A stretch of DNA of 64,000 nt from assembly GCF_009914755.1 (NCBI RefSeq), contig NC_060925.1. One strand, given 5' to 3'. This document shows positions 28,051 to 43,830 of the stretch, piece after piece. Within the stretch, counting starts at the first letter, position 1, and the number at the start of each line of letters is the position of its first letter. The notes below the pieces were generated by a model. It did not search any database and was not told the origin of the DNA. It was given only the letters and a program-made list of their open reading frames with translations. Source of the stretch: the human T2T-CHM13v2.0 reference genome, Homo sapiens. The translations under genes were made by a program, and so were the position numbers.

Positions 28051-28442
28051 TTAGTAAGAATGTGGCATAAATACAGTATTGGTAGAAATAGTTTGAAGAG
28101 TCTTTCTGGAGCCAAGATAACAAACAGTCCTCCCTTCTGATGCCAGGCAGGGTTAGGCACTTTGGGCTCTATGAAAACTACCTTGCCTGGTCCACCCAGC
28201 TGATCTGATCATTCTGGATTGCTAAGCAAAGCTGTCAGGGTGGCACATGCTTGTGAACAGCAGCAGCAGTGGCCACGGGACAATGAGAGCAGTGGCTAGT
28301 TGGAATTTATTGAGCACTCACTCTGAGCCAGACTCTGTGCCAAGGGTTTTATCATAATGCCCTAAGGTCATGCAAGGATGGCAAAGATAAGCTGCTTTCT
28401 AAAGAAAGTGGTTAGGAAAATGTGCTCTGGAGTCAGACAGGC

Positions 28443-29640
28443 TGTATTAAGATAGGTTCAGCTGCAAGTGACCGAAAACATCATAATAGCGGTGACTTAA
28501 ATAAGACGGTTTGATTTTTCTTTTTTTTATTTTTTATTTATTTATTTATTATTATACTTTAAGTTTTAGGGTACATGTGCACATTGTGCAGGTTAGTTAC
28601 ATACGTATACATGTGCCATGCTGGTGTGCTGCACCCACTAACTCGTCATCTAGCATTAGGTATATCTCCCAATGCTATCCCTCCCCCCTCCCCCAACCCC
28701 ACAACAGTCCCCAGAGTGTGATGTTCCCCTTCCTGTGTCCATGTGTTCTCATTGTTCAATTCCCACCTATGAGTGAGAATATGCGGTGTTCGGTTTTTTG
28801 TTCTTGCAATAGTTTACTGAGAATGATGATTTCCAATTTCATCCATGTCCCTACAAAGGACATGAACTCATCATTTTTTATGGCTGCATAGTATTCCATG
28901 GGGTATATGTGCCACATTTTCTTAATCCAGTCTATCATTGTTGGACATTTGGGTTGGTTCCAAGTCTTTGCTATTGTGAATAGTGCCGCAATAAACACAT
29001 GTGTGCATGTGTCTTTATAGCAGCATGATTTATAGTCCTTTGGGTATATACCCAGTAATGGGATGGCTGGGTCAAATGGTATTTCTAGTTCTAGATCCCT
29101 GAGGAATCGCCACACTGACTTCCACAATGGTTGAACTAGTTTACAGTCCCACCAACAGTGTAAAAGTGTTCCTATTTCTCCACATCCTCTCCAGCACCTG
29201 TTGTTTCCTGACTTTTTAATGATTGCCATTCTAACTGGTGTGAGATGGTATCTCATTGTGGTTTTGATTTGCATTTCTCTGATGGCCAGTGATGGTGATT
29301 TTTCTACCTGGGAAACGATTGGTTAGAGGGTTGAGAACTGGCTGGGCAACTGGTTGCTCATTAGAGTCCCAGCCTCCAATAATGCAGTACCACTGTCCTC
29401 AATAGATAGCCTTCACCTCATGGCACAAAATAGCTGCTTGAGTTCAAGCCATAGTGCCTGCATTCCAGCCAGCAGGAAAGGAGAGAACAACGCTTTTGCC
29501 TGTATCCTACTGGCCAGAATGCAATTGCAGTCACATCTAACTACAGAGGAGGGTAGGAAATGTAGGCTTCACTCTGAGTGTCCACATGCCCAGCTAAATT
29601 TGGGGATTCTAATACTTAAGGAAGAGAAAGCTGGGCAAAG
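28443..29640. mobile_element. Old MaLR LTR (MLT1K/L-like) interrupted by a young L1
   Basis: tgtattaagataggttcagctgcaagtgac... on the left; ...ctcatggcacaaaatagctgc...cattccagccagcagg...tggccagaat... on the right. Confidence 0.6.
28522..29295 (-). mobile_element. 5'-truncated L1PA2/L1PA3-like element (ORF2 C-terminus plus 3'UTR)
   Basis: ORF 28756..29274 is the ORF2p CCHC C-terminus ending FSLIGGN; 3'UTR GCATTGGGAG...GATGACGAGTTAG (GAG, not the Ta ACA); TSD tgatttttct at 28512-28521 and 29296-29305. Confidence 0.95.
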
Positions 29641-30214
29641 GGAAACAGATAGCTATCTCTGCCATAGAGTTAGATGCAAAGTTAGTTGTTTTCCTTGGGT
29701 GAATTGGGATATGTCTTCTGGATATCATTTCCTTATCTATGAAATCAGGTAAATCTGGTACTTGGAGAGGATGTGCGCTAATTGCTCTGTGATGCTTAGC
29801 GTAGTACCAGATGTAAACATGGGCCAGAAGGATGGAAGGCGTTGCCATCATTCCCCAGGACAGGCACAGCCCCTGGTTCTTCCATCTGAGGCCAGCCTCT
29901 AGTACTAGCTATGGGGAATTGGCAAGCCAATTAATTTATTCTACACTTCATAGTTTAAATACTCTGCCACATTTGAATTCCGTAATAAGCCAGTGTGATT
30001 GGTGTTCTTGCCCCCACTGTAGCAAGGCTGGCCCAAGGACTCAAACCCAGATCCCTCCAATGTGAAATGCGGCGCTCTTTCATTTCTCCATACATTGATG
30101 AGCCCTCCTGCAGGCAAAAGAATAAAAGGACAACAATATTTGACATAAAACATTAAGCACATGCCTCTTTGTTGCAGTGATTTCTTAGCCTAGATAGATA
30201 CTTGCTTCCTAGAT

Positions 30215-30262
<48 letters not shown>
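30215..30262. repeat. (GATA)12 tetranucleotide STR
   Basis: Twelve perfect units counted. Confidence 0.97.
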
Positions 30263-30764
30263 TTCCTATAGCCTCAAAGGTTGAGTCTAGGAAATTTTGA
30301 GAAAATGCTTTCCTTTTGCCAATGAGTTCATTTATTTATACAACCAGTATCTATTTACTGAGCAACTAGTATGTGCCAGGCACTGTGCTAAACACTGGGA
30401 ATATAATGATGAACGAAACCAGACCATCTCCATGCTTGTGTGGAGCTTAGCGTTCTATGTGGGAAGAAGTAAGATAATCACATGATCATAAAAATCAAGG
30501 GCATGCTTGCCTGGAAATTGTACACTGAGACCACATGGAGAGTGTGGGTCGTAACCCTGCAGGGCTTCCTACGCCATCAACACACTAAGACCTTTGCCGC
30601 AGAAAAGGAAGAAGGAGGGCCAGGACGGACATTGTTGCCAAATATAAATAGTGAGAAAAGCATTTTGTATTCCCTAAGGCTCCTTGACACCCACTGAACA
30701 TTTCTCTGTGCACTTACTCAGACGCCTAATTATTCATTTACTCCTTCTCACTCATCTAACGTGT

Positions 30765-31015
30765 GTAGTATAGCAATCTGGAATACAGACTCCGGTGCCA
30801 GTTAGATTCAAACCGGTTAAAACCCTGGTCCTGTCTGCCCAGTAACTAACCTTGGACAAGTTAGGTTAACTTCTGTGTGCCTCAGTCTTCTCATCTGTAA
30901 AAATGGGCGTAGGATATCTACTTCATAGGGTTGTTGAGAGCATTAAAATGCATTACAACATATAAGGCACTTAGAACAACATAGGGCACAGAGTGAGCTC
31001 CATGTAAGTGCTAGC
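30765..31015 (+). mobile_element. MIR
   Basis: accttggacaagtt...ctgtgtgcctcagtcttctcatctgtaaaaatggg...tcatagggttgttgagagcattaaa...gcacttagaaca. Confidence 0.85.
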
Positions 31016-31018
31016 TCA

Positions 31019-31245
31019 GGATGATGGGGGTGAGGTGATGGTGGTGATCATGGTCATGGTGGTGGTGCTGCTGCTACTGTCGATGCTGTCGAACAAGATG
31101 ATGGTGATGGTGGTGGTGGTGCTGGTGCTGCTGATGTTGTTGAAGATGATAAGAATGATGATGAGGAGGAGGATGAGGATGATGGAGATGATGATAATTT
31201 TGATAAGGAGGATGAGGGTGATGAGGATGATGATCGTGGAGGATT
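31019..31245. repeat. Degenerate trinucleotide low-complexity tract (GAT/GGT/GCT/GAG)n
   Basis: In-phase mosaic of triplets directly after the MIR 3' end. Confidence 0.9.
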
Positions 31246-32374
31246 CTTGAGTCCCCACCATGTGCCAATGACACCCTCGGTGCGGGTATGCAGAGAAGAA
31301 CAGAGAATCTGCCCCCATTTTTCCAGTATAGTGGGAGCAAAGTCCAAAGGTGACCACAGAGCCCCATACATGTAATGGAGCAAAGAAGGGCATGGAACTC
31401 CCTTCCCACTGAAACACAGGACGGGACTGGGCTGCCACGCCCTGCTCCAACTCCCAGTGCTAGATCCACCCTGGGAAAGAAAAGGTGGCAGGGGAAAGCT
31501 GTGGCTTCTCTTGCAGGAAATACCATGGGAAGGCTTCTGTGCCAGGGATGTGGGAAAAGGGGGAATGGAGCGAAAGATGGCTGTTGGCTCCATTCTGAAA
31601 GCACCACCTGCAGCACAATTTGTACTTACTGCTTCTGCCAGAGGTTTGAAAGTGGCCGCAGCTTCACGGTGGCTCAGTGGCTTGGTTCCAGTCCAACTTT
31701 CCGGGGCAGCTGGCCTGGTGCAGGAAAGGGGAGCAAGCTGGCCAGGGCCCCCTAAGGCTGCAGACCTCACCTGGATGCTAATCCTGAGTGCCTGGGTAGC
31801 TTCTTCATGTCCACTGCCCTGTGGGCCCTATACTGTGTGTGATGATCGATATGAGTCGATGTGTGGGCCTTGGAGGGCCTTTTGTGAATCCGTGGCTAAT
31901 TTTTTGGCGAACAAGTAGATCAAATGCTTGATATTTCCCTTTTTGTTATTCAAAATTAAAAGAAATTTGTACCTATCAAAGCAGCAAGGACACACATTAG
32001 ATAAATCAATCTTTGCCATTTTGTCACTCTTAATTTTTTGTTAATTTAATTAGAATAGAGATAGTCAAGTCTAGGTGTGCTAAATCACAGACCATAAAAT
32101 TCTGTAAATCACTTCAGCATGTAACTGGGTGTGCGTGTGGTTGCTAATTAGGAGGGGCAGAGCTGCGGCTTTGGAGATGAGTTCCTGGCAAGGACCCTGG
32201 GTTGGCAAGGAGTGGAAAGACTCCGGGGACATGTCCAGCTACCTCTTGGGCCACTGAAGCCTCTGCCTCCCTGTACCCGTCAGCGCCACTGCCCAGGGAT
32301 GGTTCAGCCAGGCGAGGGTGGGGATGGGCCCAGGACTCACAGCCTCTCCTTTCCTGTGTGAGCTCCCAGGATAG

Positions 32375-32693
<319 letters not shown>

Positions 32694-35600
32694 GCCTGTT
32701 CACTATTAACAGGACACTTGATTTTGCCGGTCAAACCACTGCAGCAATATTTCCAGAACAAATAAAGCTGCTTAGACATTTGCTTTTGGCGTTTTACGTT
32801 TCAAGTTGAATCTGTTGATTTCGGCCTTGCTGTTTGAATAGCGTCTCTGCAGGTTTATTCTGGGCACTTACATTTCCAAATGTGCAAGTACTGGGCTCGC
32901 GGGCCAGTGTTTGAAGTGATGGGAGCCAGACAGGCCAGGGAAGGGCCCTTAGAGGCCACTCCTCACTCACAGGGAGAGCCCCGGGGGGAAGAGTGCTGCC
33001 TGGAGAGCAGCAAACACCAGGAAAAAATGAGGCTGCAGAGGCCAGGCCAGCCCCGAGGCCTGTTGGAGACATCTCTACAGCGTGCTCCACCCAGCACGAT
33101 GCTCCCTGCTTTCCAAAGTGATTCTGGGGTGCCCGCTCCCCAGCACTTTCTCCCAAAGCTCAGCTCTCACCACCCACTGCTAGCCACTCTCTTCCACATT
33201 TGGCCTCCCAGCACTGGGCGCCTCTGACGGTCTGATTGAAATCCGAGGCCCTCACTGGCCATTTGGTTGTGTCCAGTGCGGTGCTGAGCTTCGTTCCACA
33301 TGCAGGAGCCTCACTCACTCGCTCCTTCTGGGCTGTGAGGGCCTCTGGGCACCTGGGTGTTGCGTGTGCCTCCCCCATGCTAAGGGTGCTGCAGAAGCCC
33401 ACCCTGGCTCCTCCAGGCTCCTCCGCTCCCCCAGAGAATGAAAGGCATTGGCCCCCCAAAGGAAGTCTGGCTTCACAGGGACCATTGTCAGGCAGAGACA
33501 CATGCGCACAGCCCCAGCCCACTGGAAGGCCATCTGTTGTCAGAAAGGTTGCGTTTTGAGCCCGTCTTTCCATCTGGGACAAGTTTGTACTGAACTGGCC
33601 ACATTTGTGCTAAAGACATGGTTCGTAGTCAGCTTCGCAGGCCCAAGAGGCAGAGCTCGGTTAGCATCTTGTGCAGAGTCCCCGTGATGCCCTGACTCAT
33701 CATGAGCAGCCGCCGTCACCCAGCTGAGCTGTACAGCGAGAGAGAGATGCAGTGTCCGGAAGACTTGGGCCCTCTGGGAGGCTGTAGCCACTCAGTCATC
33801 CCTGCCAAGGATGGTGGGACAATGGCAGTGTCAACCTTGCCAAGGGGCTGGGTTTCCAGCCATGGCTGGGCCCTCAGCCTGCTCGGTGGAGCATCTCATC
33901 TCCCACCCCACGGTGGATGTTCTTGGCCTTCTCTCTCCAACTAACATCTGCCAAGGCCTCCTCCTACGCAGCGATGCCTCCCTTCCTCCTAAGAAGGCCG
34001 TGCACCTTGACGATGGGCAGATGGGGTTGGAGGCCCAGCCCTCCCTTCCCAGCACGTGACCTGCTGCAAGTTACTTGATCCCCACCAGCCTCCACCTCCT
34101 CCTTGGTAAAACACAAGTGGCAACAGCTCCTGTTTCCCAAGGCTAAGAAGTCAGTAGGAAAATGCATAAAAAATACTTTCCCGGGTCACTTGGCTCCTTC
34201 CTCCCCTCCTAACACCCATACAGGCCACTGAAACTGTTCTGAGAAGTCCCTGTTGCCAAGTCAAGGACTTTGGTTCCATCTCACGGCAGTCTCCGCTGGT
34301 GACGTTCAGTGCTGCTGCCTGCTCTTGTTGCCATGGTTTCCATGATGCTACATCTCCGGTCCCTCTTATGTTCCTAACTGTTTGGTTCCCAATCTTCTTT
34401 GCTGGCTTGCCCTGAAAGTCAGCAGCCCCTGGAACCCTGCCCTTGGCTTCCTTCTCTTCCTGGGCTCTCTTCCTGGGTCTGTCTCTGGGTGGAACTCACC
34501 CATTCCCATGGCTTCAGTCTCCCCCCTCCAACGGGAGACTTCTCTCCCACAAATCCATTACTCCAGACTGGGCTCCTTCCCTTGTGTATGCTGTTGACCC
34601 CTCTCATTGAACAGGCTTGGACCCTACCCTGCTTCCTCCCATCCACCAAACACCTCTTCACCACCATTTCCACCACCCAGTGACTGGCTTCTCTCTCCCA
34701 CCGACATGGCACCACCACACAGCCACCCCAACCAGGAGACCTCACAATCCTAGTTTCTGCTCGCCCTTCACTTCCCAAATCCAATCCCTTATTAAGAAAT
34801 TCCCATTCTCTTCTCCCATCTGTTTTCCATTTCTGTCCAGGCCAGGCCGTGGGGTCTCTGAGCTTCACGGCTGCAGCTGCCCCTGCCAGCAAGCAGGGTC
34901 CCAGCTGCCCTAGACCCCAGCCACTGTCCTGCCAGGGTCCCAGCCTGAGGCTCACCCAGCCCAGGTGCCTCCTGGGGCCTCTCGTGCTTCTCTGCTTTTC
35001 TTAAAGCTGGAGGCAGGTTAGCGTCAACTAACACACACAGAGAAAAAGCTGCAAAACAGGTTTTAAAATGTGCACGGTGTAAAAATGATAGTGGGAGTTT
35101 GGACACAGATGGGTAGGAGGTTATGACAGGGAAAGAATTTTGCTTAATCTTGGAATGAAAAATACTCTGATCCTGGCAGAGTCCAGTCAGAAGGAATTTC
35201 CAGCAAGATCTGTCTTCTTGCCACATTGTCTGCAACACAATTGATCTTTGCTTTGATTGCTTTCCCCTCCCTCCCCCTCACTTGGCTTTTCGCAGATAAT
35301 GTACAGAAAGCCCCTTTTTGTTGTTGGAGCGGTTTACTGGGGGAGGCCTTCAGAATCAACATCCAGCTCTCCCAGTGTGACCTCCCCCTTCCCCTGCCAA
35401 GTCAGAGATGGGCTTTCTTTGTCTGTGACTTGAGATCTTGGAGGGCCTTGGGTTCCAATCTGAGCCCTGTCACTAGCCTTGGGTGGATGATCACTCTAAG
35501 GACCAATTTCCTTTTTCATCTGGAAAATGGGGATAGTAGTCCCTTTCTCCGGGGGTCGTTGTGAGAATTAAGTGAAATGACACAGAGCTTTAATGGATGG

Positions 35601-38369
35601 TGCTGCACCTGTTGTCATGGCCACTGTGGATGTGAGCGGCAGAGCTGCAAACACGCCTTGCTCCTCTGAGGTCAGCCCACGCCGGCTGCCCTTTGGGTGC
35701 CAGCCAGGCCGTTGTGCTGCAGGGAAGGGAGGAGAGGAGCCTCTCTTCTGGGTGAGCCAGACAAAAAGGAACCTCTCGTGGCGTTTGTCCCAGCATCCTC
35801 TGACCGTGAGCCTTCCGATGTGCCTGCCTGGTATGAACAGAAACGTGGATCCAACCCACACTCCTTCCTGATTTCAAACGTCCCTGTGAATCGGATGGGA
35901 CGTAGTTAATAGCCCCTGTCTTCCTGGAAGGAAATGTTCAGGGAGGACTGGTGTTGGGAAGCTAGAGGGGAGGCGGCCCGGCCTTGGAGCCCAGCCCTGT
36001 TGGTGTTGCTCTCTTTGGCCCTGGTGAACGTCCTGGCCTTGGGCTCCTGAGTCCAGGGGGCCTGGCCAGCAGCCTGCCTTCCTGAGGCCCAAGCCCCTGG
36101 TTCTGACTGCTGATGCGCCTCCTGGGAGCGTTCCTGCCCATCTCCACTTGGAGTTACCAGGAACTGAGTTGTTGGTTCTGCTGGCAGCTCCCATCCTGTC
36201 CCATGGGGGGTTCAGACACGGAGACCAGTGCTGGAAGGCCCTGAGGCCTCTGAGCCCTCCAGCCAGAGCCAGGGTGTGCCCAGTGCATGCACTGCTGTGT
36301 CTGCCTGGGCTGGTCTCCCCACCAGACCGAGCTTCCTGCCGGACTGGGGCAGGGCCCTAACGCTCTGTTGTTACACTCTCCATCCCCGTGCCATTCAGAG
36401 CCTCCCAGCACTGAGTAGGCACTGCACGGCGAGAGGGAGGGGGAGGAGGAAGGGAGTCTGGCTCTGTGCCTGTTCCCGGCTGCCTGGCTCTGACTGTCAG
36501 AGTCACTCTGCAGCAGCACAGAGCGAGTCCACTGGGTGCTGTGAGACGACCCTGGAGAGATCCTCCCACCCCCAGCTGTCTCTTCTCTAGCCTGTTGCCC
36601 CCAGCTCCATCCCTCCTAACCCTACCCCTTGGCCAGCTCTCTGGGCTCTGGGCTCGGCAGGAGCCTCTTTCCCCCATGGGCTCAGTCAGTGCTCCCCCTG
36701 CCTGCTGGGTCTCCCTGGAGCTCACCATCCGGACTCGGGCTGTGTGGGCACTGGAGTTCTTGATGTCACACACGTCAGCGTGTTCCCTTAGCACTGTGTG
36801 AACACGACCCTGTCCCCTGGCCAGCCTGGGAGATGGCAAAAAAGAATGGAGTGGCTCCCTGGCAGGAAGTGCAGGAAGGCAGGGGCACAGCCCCACTGCA
36901 GCACCCCTGCCAGCACAGGCCAGCTTCTCCACTGATTTGCCCTTGACTGTTCCCTTAGAAACAGACATGAGTGGCCACAGGCCGAACGAGGCTCCGTGGA
37001 GAGAAGTGGGGGCAGGTGGTGGGTGGGTAATTTATCTTACTTACTGTAGGGTGTGGGGGTAGAAAGCCAGGGCTGAAAATCTTGCTTCTCTAGGAGGTGA
37101 CTAAAGGCCTTCACAGTGGTCTGGACAGGAAAGGGTGGAGTCCAAGCACAGGGTCCCCAGAGGAGTGTGGTGAGGCCGAGGGAGGAGGGACCCAGGCAAG
37201 GGAATCTTGGAGGAGAAGGCAGGACAGTTAGCCCAGACTAGGGTGGCCGGGGCAGGCTCTGTGAGGCTGCTGTTGGGGGTCCCGTGGCTGCAGAGAGGTT
37301 TGCTTTCCAAGTCAGGGCCACTAGTTTCCCTCGGATGCTATTTGTGTCCCCCGCCTTCCATTGTGATGCTGCACAATAACTTTTACAGCCTGGCCTGGTG
37401 CCTGGCCTGCAGCCCTGAATCACTGATTCATCTTTACCTGCCGCTTCCCTGCCGGACGGCTCTGGGTGCAGGAGCCAAGAGCCCGGGCGACGGCGCAGGG
37501 CTGGTTCCTTCCCACTTCTGCCCAGTCACTTCCCCACCCTCTGAGGACCCTGGAGAAATTCAGCCAGGGCCTGGGCCTCTAGGAGCTGCCAAGCCTCCCT
37601 CTCTTAAGCAAAGCGAGCTTAGGGTTCACAGGGCCAGAGCAAGAGGGTGACACAACCCGCCCAGGGTGCCTGCCTTCTCTAAGCATCTGACACAGCTCAG
37701 GGACCTGCTGTCCTCAGGCTCATTCCAGGTGGGTGCCTTGGCCCTGGGCCTCAGACCAGCCTCCCCTCAGAGCTCTATCTGGACCCTTGTGATGGATGCC
37801 ATTATTTGTCTGACATGTCCCCAAAGGAGCCCGCAGATCCCACTGCCAACGCCAGTACCAGTGCACGGCCCAGGATTGGCCCCGCTGCTTACTACTCCTG
37901 AGCCCCTGCAAGTGAGTTCTGCTCTCTGGGCCTCAGTTTCCTCCTGTCTACAACAGGGTCGCTAGTAGTGCCTGTGGCAGTAGGGTTGCTGTTCAGACAC
38001 ACAGGCTGTGAAAAGTTCCTGGAAGGGACCCCACCCTACAGAAAGCACTCAGTACCAAAGAAAGCCTCATGGGTGTAAATGAATCTGCTCCACTCTGCAA
38101 AGAAAAAGAGCACCTCTCCCCCACATGCATTCCTACGGGGCTTGCAGCCCTGGTGCCCTCACTGGCTGCCATTGAGAGCCTGTGCTCTGCACCGCCCGCC
38201 AGGTGTGCCAGGGTGACGTGACTCCACACCAAGCACTGGGGGCTGGACTTGTTTAGCCATTTCTCTCAAGATGGCCATTTCTACACTTTCATGAGAAGGA
38301 GGCCTCGCCTCCGTTGGAGTGGCTGAGTGGTGCATCCAGCTGGTTCCTGGGACTGGGGACAGGTTTTAG

Positions 38370-38682
<313 letters not shown>

Positions 38683-38712
38683 GTATCTGGATGTTTTATG
38701 CATCCCTTTACA

Positions 38713-38750
<38 letters not shown>

Positions 38751-39531
38751 ATCTTCAGCTGATCCTTCAAAGTCTGTGGGTTTTATTGTCATCCCCTTTT
38801 TATAGATTAGGAAGCTGCTGCTCAGACGGATTAAATCATTTGGCCCAGGTCATATGGCTAAGGGGCGCTTGGTGTCCCGCACTTCTGGAGATACAATTAA
38901 CATATGGTAAAAATTCCGACTTTCTGTGGCCATTCTGAGAGCTTTGGCAAATGTATGTGGTTTCCATCAGCTTGGTCCAGTGATCACCACCACAATCAAT
39001 ATGGAGATGGTTTCTATCAGCTCAAAAACTCACTGCACCTCTTTGTCAGATAAGCTGCTCGGCGTACTCCAGCCTCTGGGAATGAATGGCCTGTTTTCAG
39101 TCCCTATAGCATTGCCTTTTCCAGAATGTCATATAAATGAAATCATACAGGATGTGGCCTTTTGAGTCTGGCTTCTTTCGCCAGACATAATGATCCTGAG
39201 ATTTATCCATGTAGTTGCATGTATCAGTACTTCCTTCCTTTTTATGGGTGAGTGGTGTTCCATGGTGTGGATATACAGCAATTTGTTTAACCATTCACCT
39301 ATTGAAGGATGTCTGGGCTGTTTCCAGTTGACATTACATGCCAAGGACTCTACACATTTGCATACAGGTTTTGGTGTCATCATACATTTTTATTTCTCTT
39401 GGGAAAATATATAGAGGTAAGATTGCCAGGTCGTATAGTAAATCTGTTTAACTTAATGAGAAACTACCCAACTGTGTTCCAAAGAGACTACTACTTTGCA
39501 TTCCCATCAGGAATATATAAGAGTTTTAGTT

Positions 39532-40462
<931 letters not shown>

Positions 40463-40655
40463 AGTTTTAGTTGCTCCACATCCTTGCCAGCATTTAGTAT
40501 TGTTGTTTTTAAAGCTATTCTAATAGGTACATAGTATTTCATCAAGATTTTGGTTTCCATTTCCCTAATGACTGATGTTTTTTCATGTACTTGCTTATAT
40601 GCCATCTGTATGTTTACTTTAGTGGGGTGTCCAAATTTCTGTGGTCTGTTTTTCA

Positions 40656-40928
40656 TTTTTGTTTTGTTTTGTTTTTGAGGCAGGGTCCTACTCTGTTACC
40701 CAGGCTGGAGTGCAGTGGTGTGACCACCAGCTCACTGCAGCCTTGACCTCCTGGGCTCAAGCAATCCTCTAGTCTCAGCCTTTCGAGTAGCTGAGACCAC
40801 AGGCATGCACCACCACACCCAGCTAATTTTTTATTTATTTTTTCTTTTTTTTGTAGAGATAGGGTCTCCCTATGTTGCCCAGGCTGGTCTCCAACTCCTG
40901 GGCTAAAGTGATCCTCCTGTCCCAGCCT
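40656..40928 (-). mobile_element. AluJ-type
   Basis: cactgcagccttgacctcctgggctcaagcaatcctc; tatgttgcccaggctgg. Confidence 0.88.
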
Positions 40929-42204
40929 TGTTTGTTTTTTCTTTTCTTTTTTTGGCTTTCACATTTAATTGACACAGGATAATTGTACATGTTTATGGGA
41001 TACAGTGCAATGTTTTGACACATGTATACATTGTGTAATGATCAAATCACAGTATTTAGCATATTTAGCACCTCACACATATACCATTTCTTTGAGGTGA
41101 AAACATTTAAAATCCTCTCTTTTAGCTATTTCGAAATATAGAATACAATATTGTTAACCATAGTCTCCCTAGTATGCTATCAAACACTAGAAATTATTCC
41201 TTTTATCTAACTGTATTTTTATACTCATTAACCAACCCCTCTTCATCCTCCCTCTCCAGGTTCTGGTAACCACTATTCTACTCTCTACGTCTATGAGATC
41301 AACTTCTTAAGATTCCACATATGGATGAGATCATGCAGTGTTTGTCTTTCTGTGCCAGGCTTATTTCACTTAACAAAATGTCCTCTAGGTAGGTTCATCC
41401 ATGTTGCTACAAATGGCAGGATTTCATTCTTTTTTATGACTGAAGAGTATTCCATTGTGTATATGTACCACATTTTCTTTATACATTCATCTGCTGATGA
41501 ACACTTAGGTTGATTCTATGTCTTGGCTATTGTGAATAGTGCTGCAATAAACATGGGAGTGCAGATATAATGATTTCGTTTGCTTTGGATGTATATATTC
41601 AGTAGTAGGATTGCTGAATCATATGGTAGTTCTATTTTTAATTTTTTGAGGAACTTCCAAAATGTTTTCCATAATGGCTGTACTAATTTACATTCCTACC
41701 AACAGTGTATGAGATTCCCCCTTTCTCCACATTTATGCCAGCTTTTGTTATTTTTTGCCTCTTTGATTAGCCATTCTAATTGGGGTAAGGTGATATCTCA
41801 TTGTGGTTTTGACTTGCATTTCCCTGATGATTAGTGATGTTGAGCATTTTTAAAATGTACTTGTTGACCATTTGTATGCTGTCTTTTGAGAAATGTCTAT
41901 TCAGGTTTTTTGCCCACTTTTTAATCAGATTATTTGTTTTCTTGCTACTGAGTTATTTGAGTTCCTTATACATTCTGGATATTAAGCCCTTGTCAGATAC
42001 ACAGTTTGCAAATATTTTCTCCTATTCTGCAGCTTGTCTTTTCACTCTGTTTATTGTTTCCTTTGCTGTGCAGAAGCTTTTTAAATTTGATGTAATCCCA
42101 TTTGTCTATTGTTCCTTTTGTTGCCTATGCTTTTGAGGTATTATTTTTAAAAAATCCTTACCCAGACCAATATCATGAAGCATTTCCCCTATATTTTCTT
42201 GTAG

Positions 42205-42639
<435 letters not shown>

Positions 42640-43403
42640 TGAGAGATAGGCTCTAATTTCATTGTTATGCATGTAGATGTCCAGTTTTCCCAGCAAAACT
42701 TACTGAAAAGACTGCCCTTTCCCCAGTGTGTATTATTGTTGCCTTTGTTGAAAATTGGTTCCCTGTAAGTACACAGATTTATTTCTGTGTTCTCTATTCT
42801 GTTCCATTCGTCTATATGTCTGTGTTTATGGTGGTGCCATGCTGTTTTGATTATTATAGCTTTGTTGTATATTTTGAAGGTAGGTAATGTGATGGACCCT
42901 CTGGCTTTATTCATTTTACTCAAAATTGATTTCACTATTCAGAGTCTTTTATGGTTCCATATGAATTTCCTGATTGTTTTATCTGTTTCTATGAACAATG
43001 TTATTGGTATTTTGATACAGGTTGCATCAAACCTATAGATTGATTTGGGTAATGTGAACATTTTAACAATATCAATTCTTCCAATCCATGAATATGGGAT
43101 ATCTTTTCATTTATTTGTGTCCTCTTCCATTTCTTATATCAATTTTTTTATAGTTTTCATTGTAGAACTCTGTGACCTCTTTGCTTAAATTTATTACTAG
43201 GTACCTTAGTTTTTTGGTAGCTATGGTAAATGGGGTTGTTTCTTGATTTCTTTTTCAGATAATTCACTATTGGCATATAAAAAAACCTCCTGATTTTTAT
43301 TTCCTACAACTTTACTGAATTCATTTATTAGTTCTAATGGGTCTTTTTTGGTGGAGTCTTTAGGGTTTTCTTTATATAAGATCATGTCATCTGCAAACAG
43401 GGA

Positions 43404-43830
43404 TGTTATGGTTTGGATATTTGACCCCTCCAAAGCTCATATTGAAATTTGATATCCACTGTTGGAGATGGGACCTAATGGGAGGTGTTTGGGTCATGCA
43501 GGCAGATCCCTCATGAATGACTTGGTGTCATCCTCGCAGTAATGAGGGAATTCGTGTTCTATTAGTTCCCACGATAGCTTGTTCAAAAGAGCCTGGCACA
43601 TTCCCTCACACCTCTCTCTTGCCTCCTCTCTCATCAAGTGATCTCTGCACACACTGGCTCTCTTTCCTCTTCCACCATGAGTGGAAAAAGCTTGAGGCCC
43701 TCACTAGATGCAGATGCTGACACTAAGCTTTTTGTACAGCCTGTAGAGCCATGAGCTAAATAAATCTCTTTTCTTTACAAGTTACCTAGCCTCAGGTATT
43801 CCTTTATAGCAATACAAATAGACTAAGACA
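43404..43830 (+). mobile_element. MST (MaLR) solo LTR, MSTB-like
   Basis: TGttatggtttggat...aataaatctcttttctttacaagttacctagcctcaggtattcctttatagc...gactaagaCA; interrupts the L1 RT region. Confidence 0.9.

Noticed and set aside
31008-31770. Hydrophobic, poly-His and poly-Ser ORFs
   Set aside because: They are products of a degenerate trinucleotide tract read in different frames.
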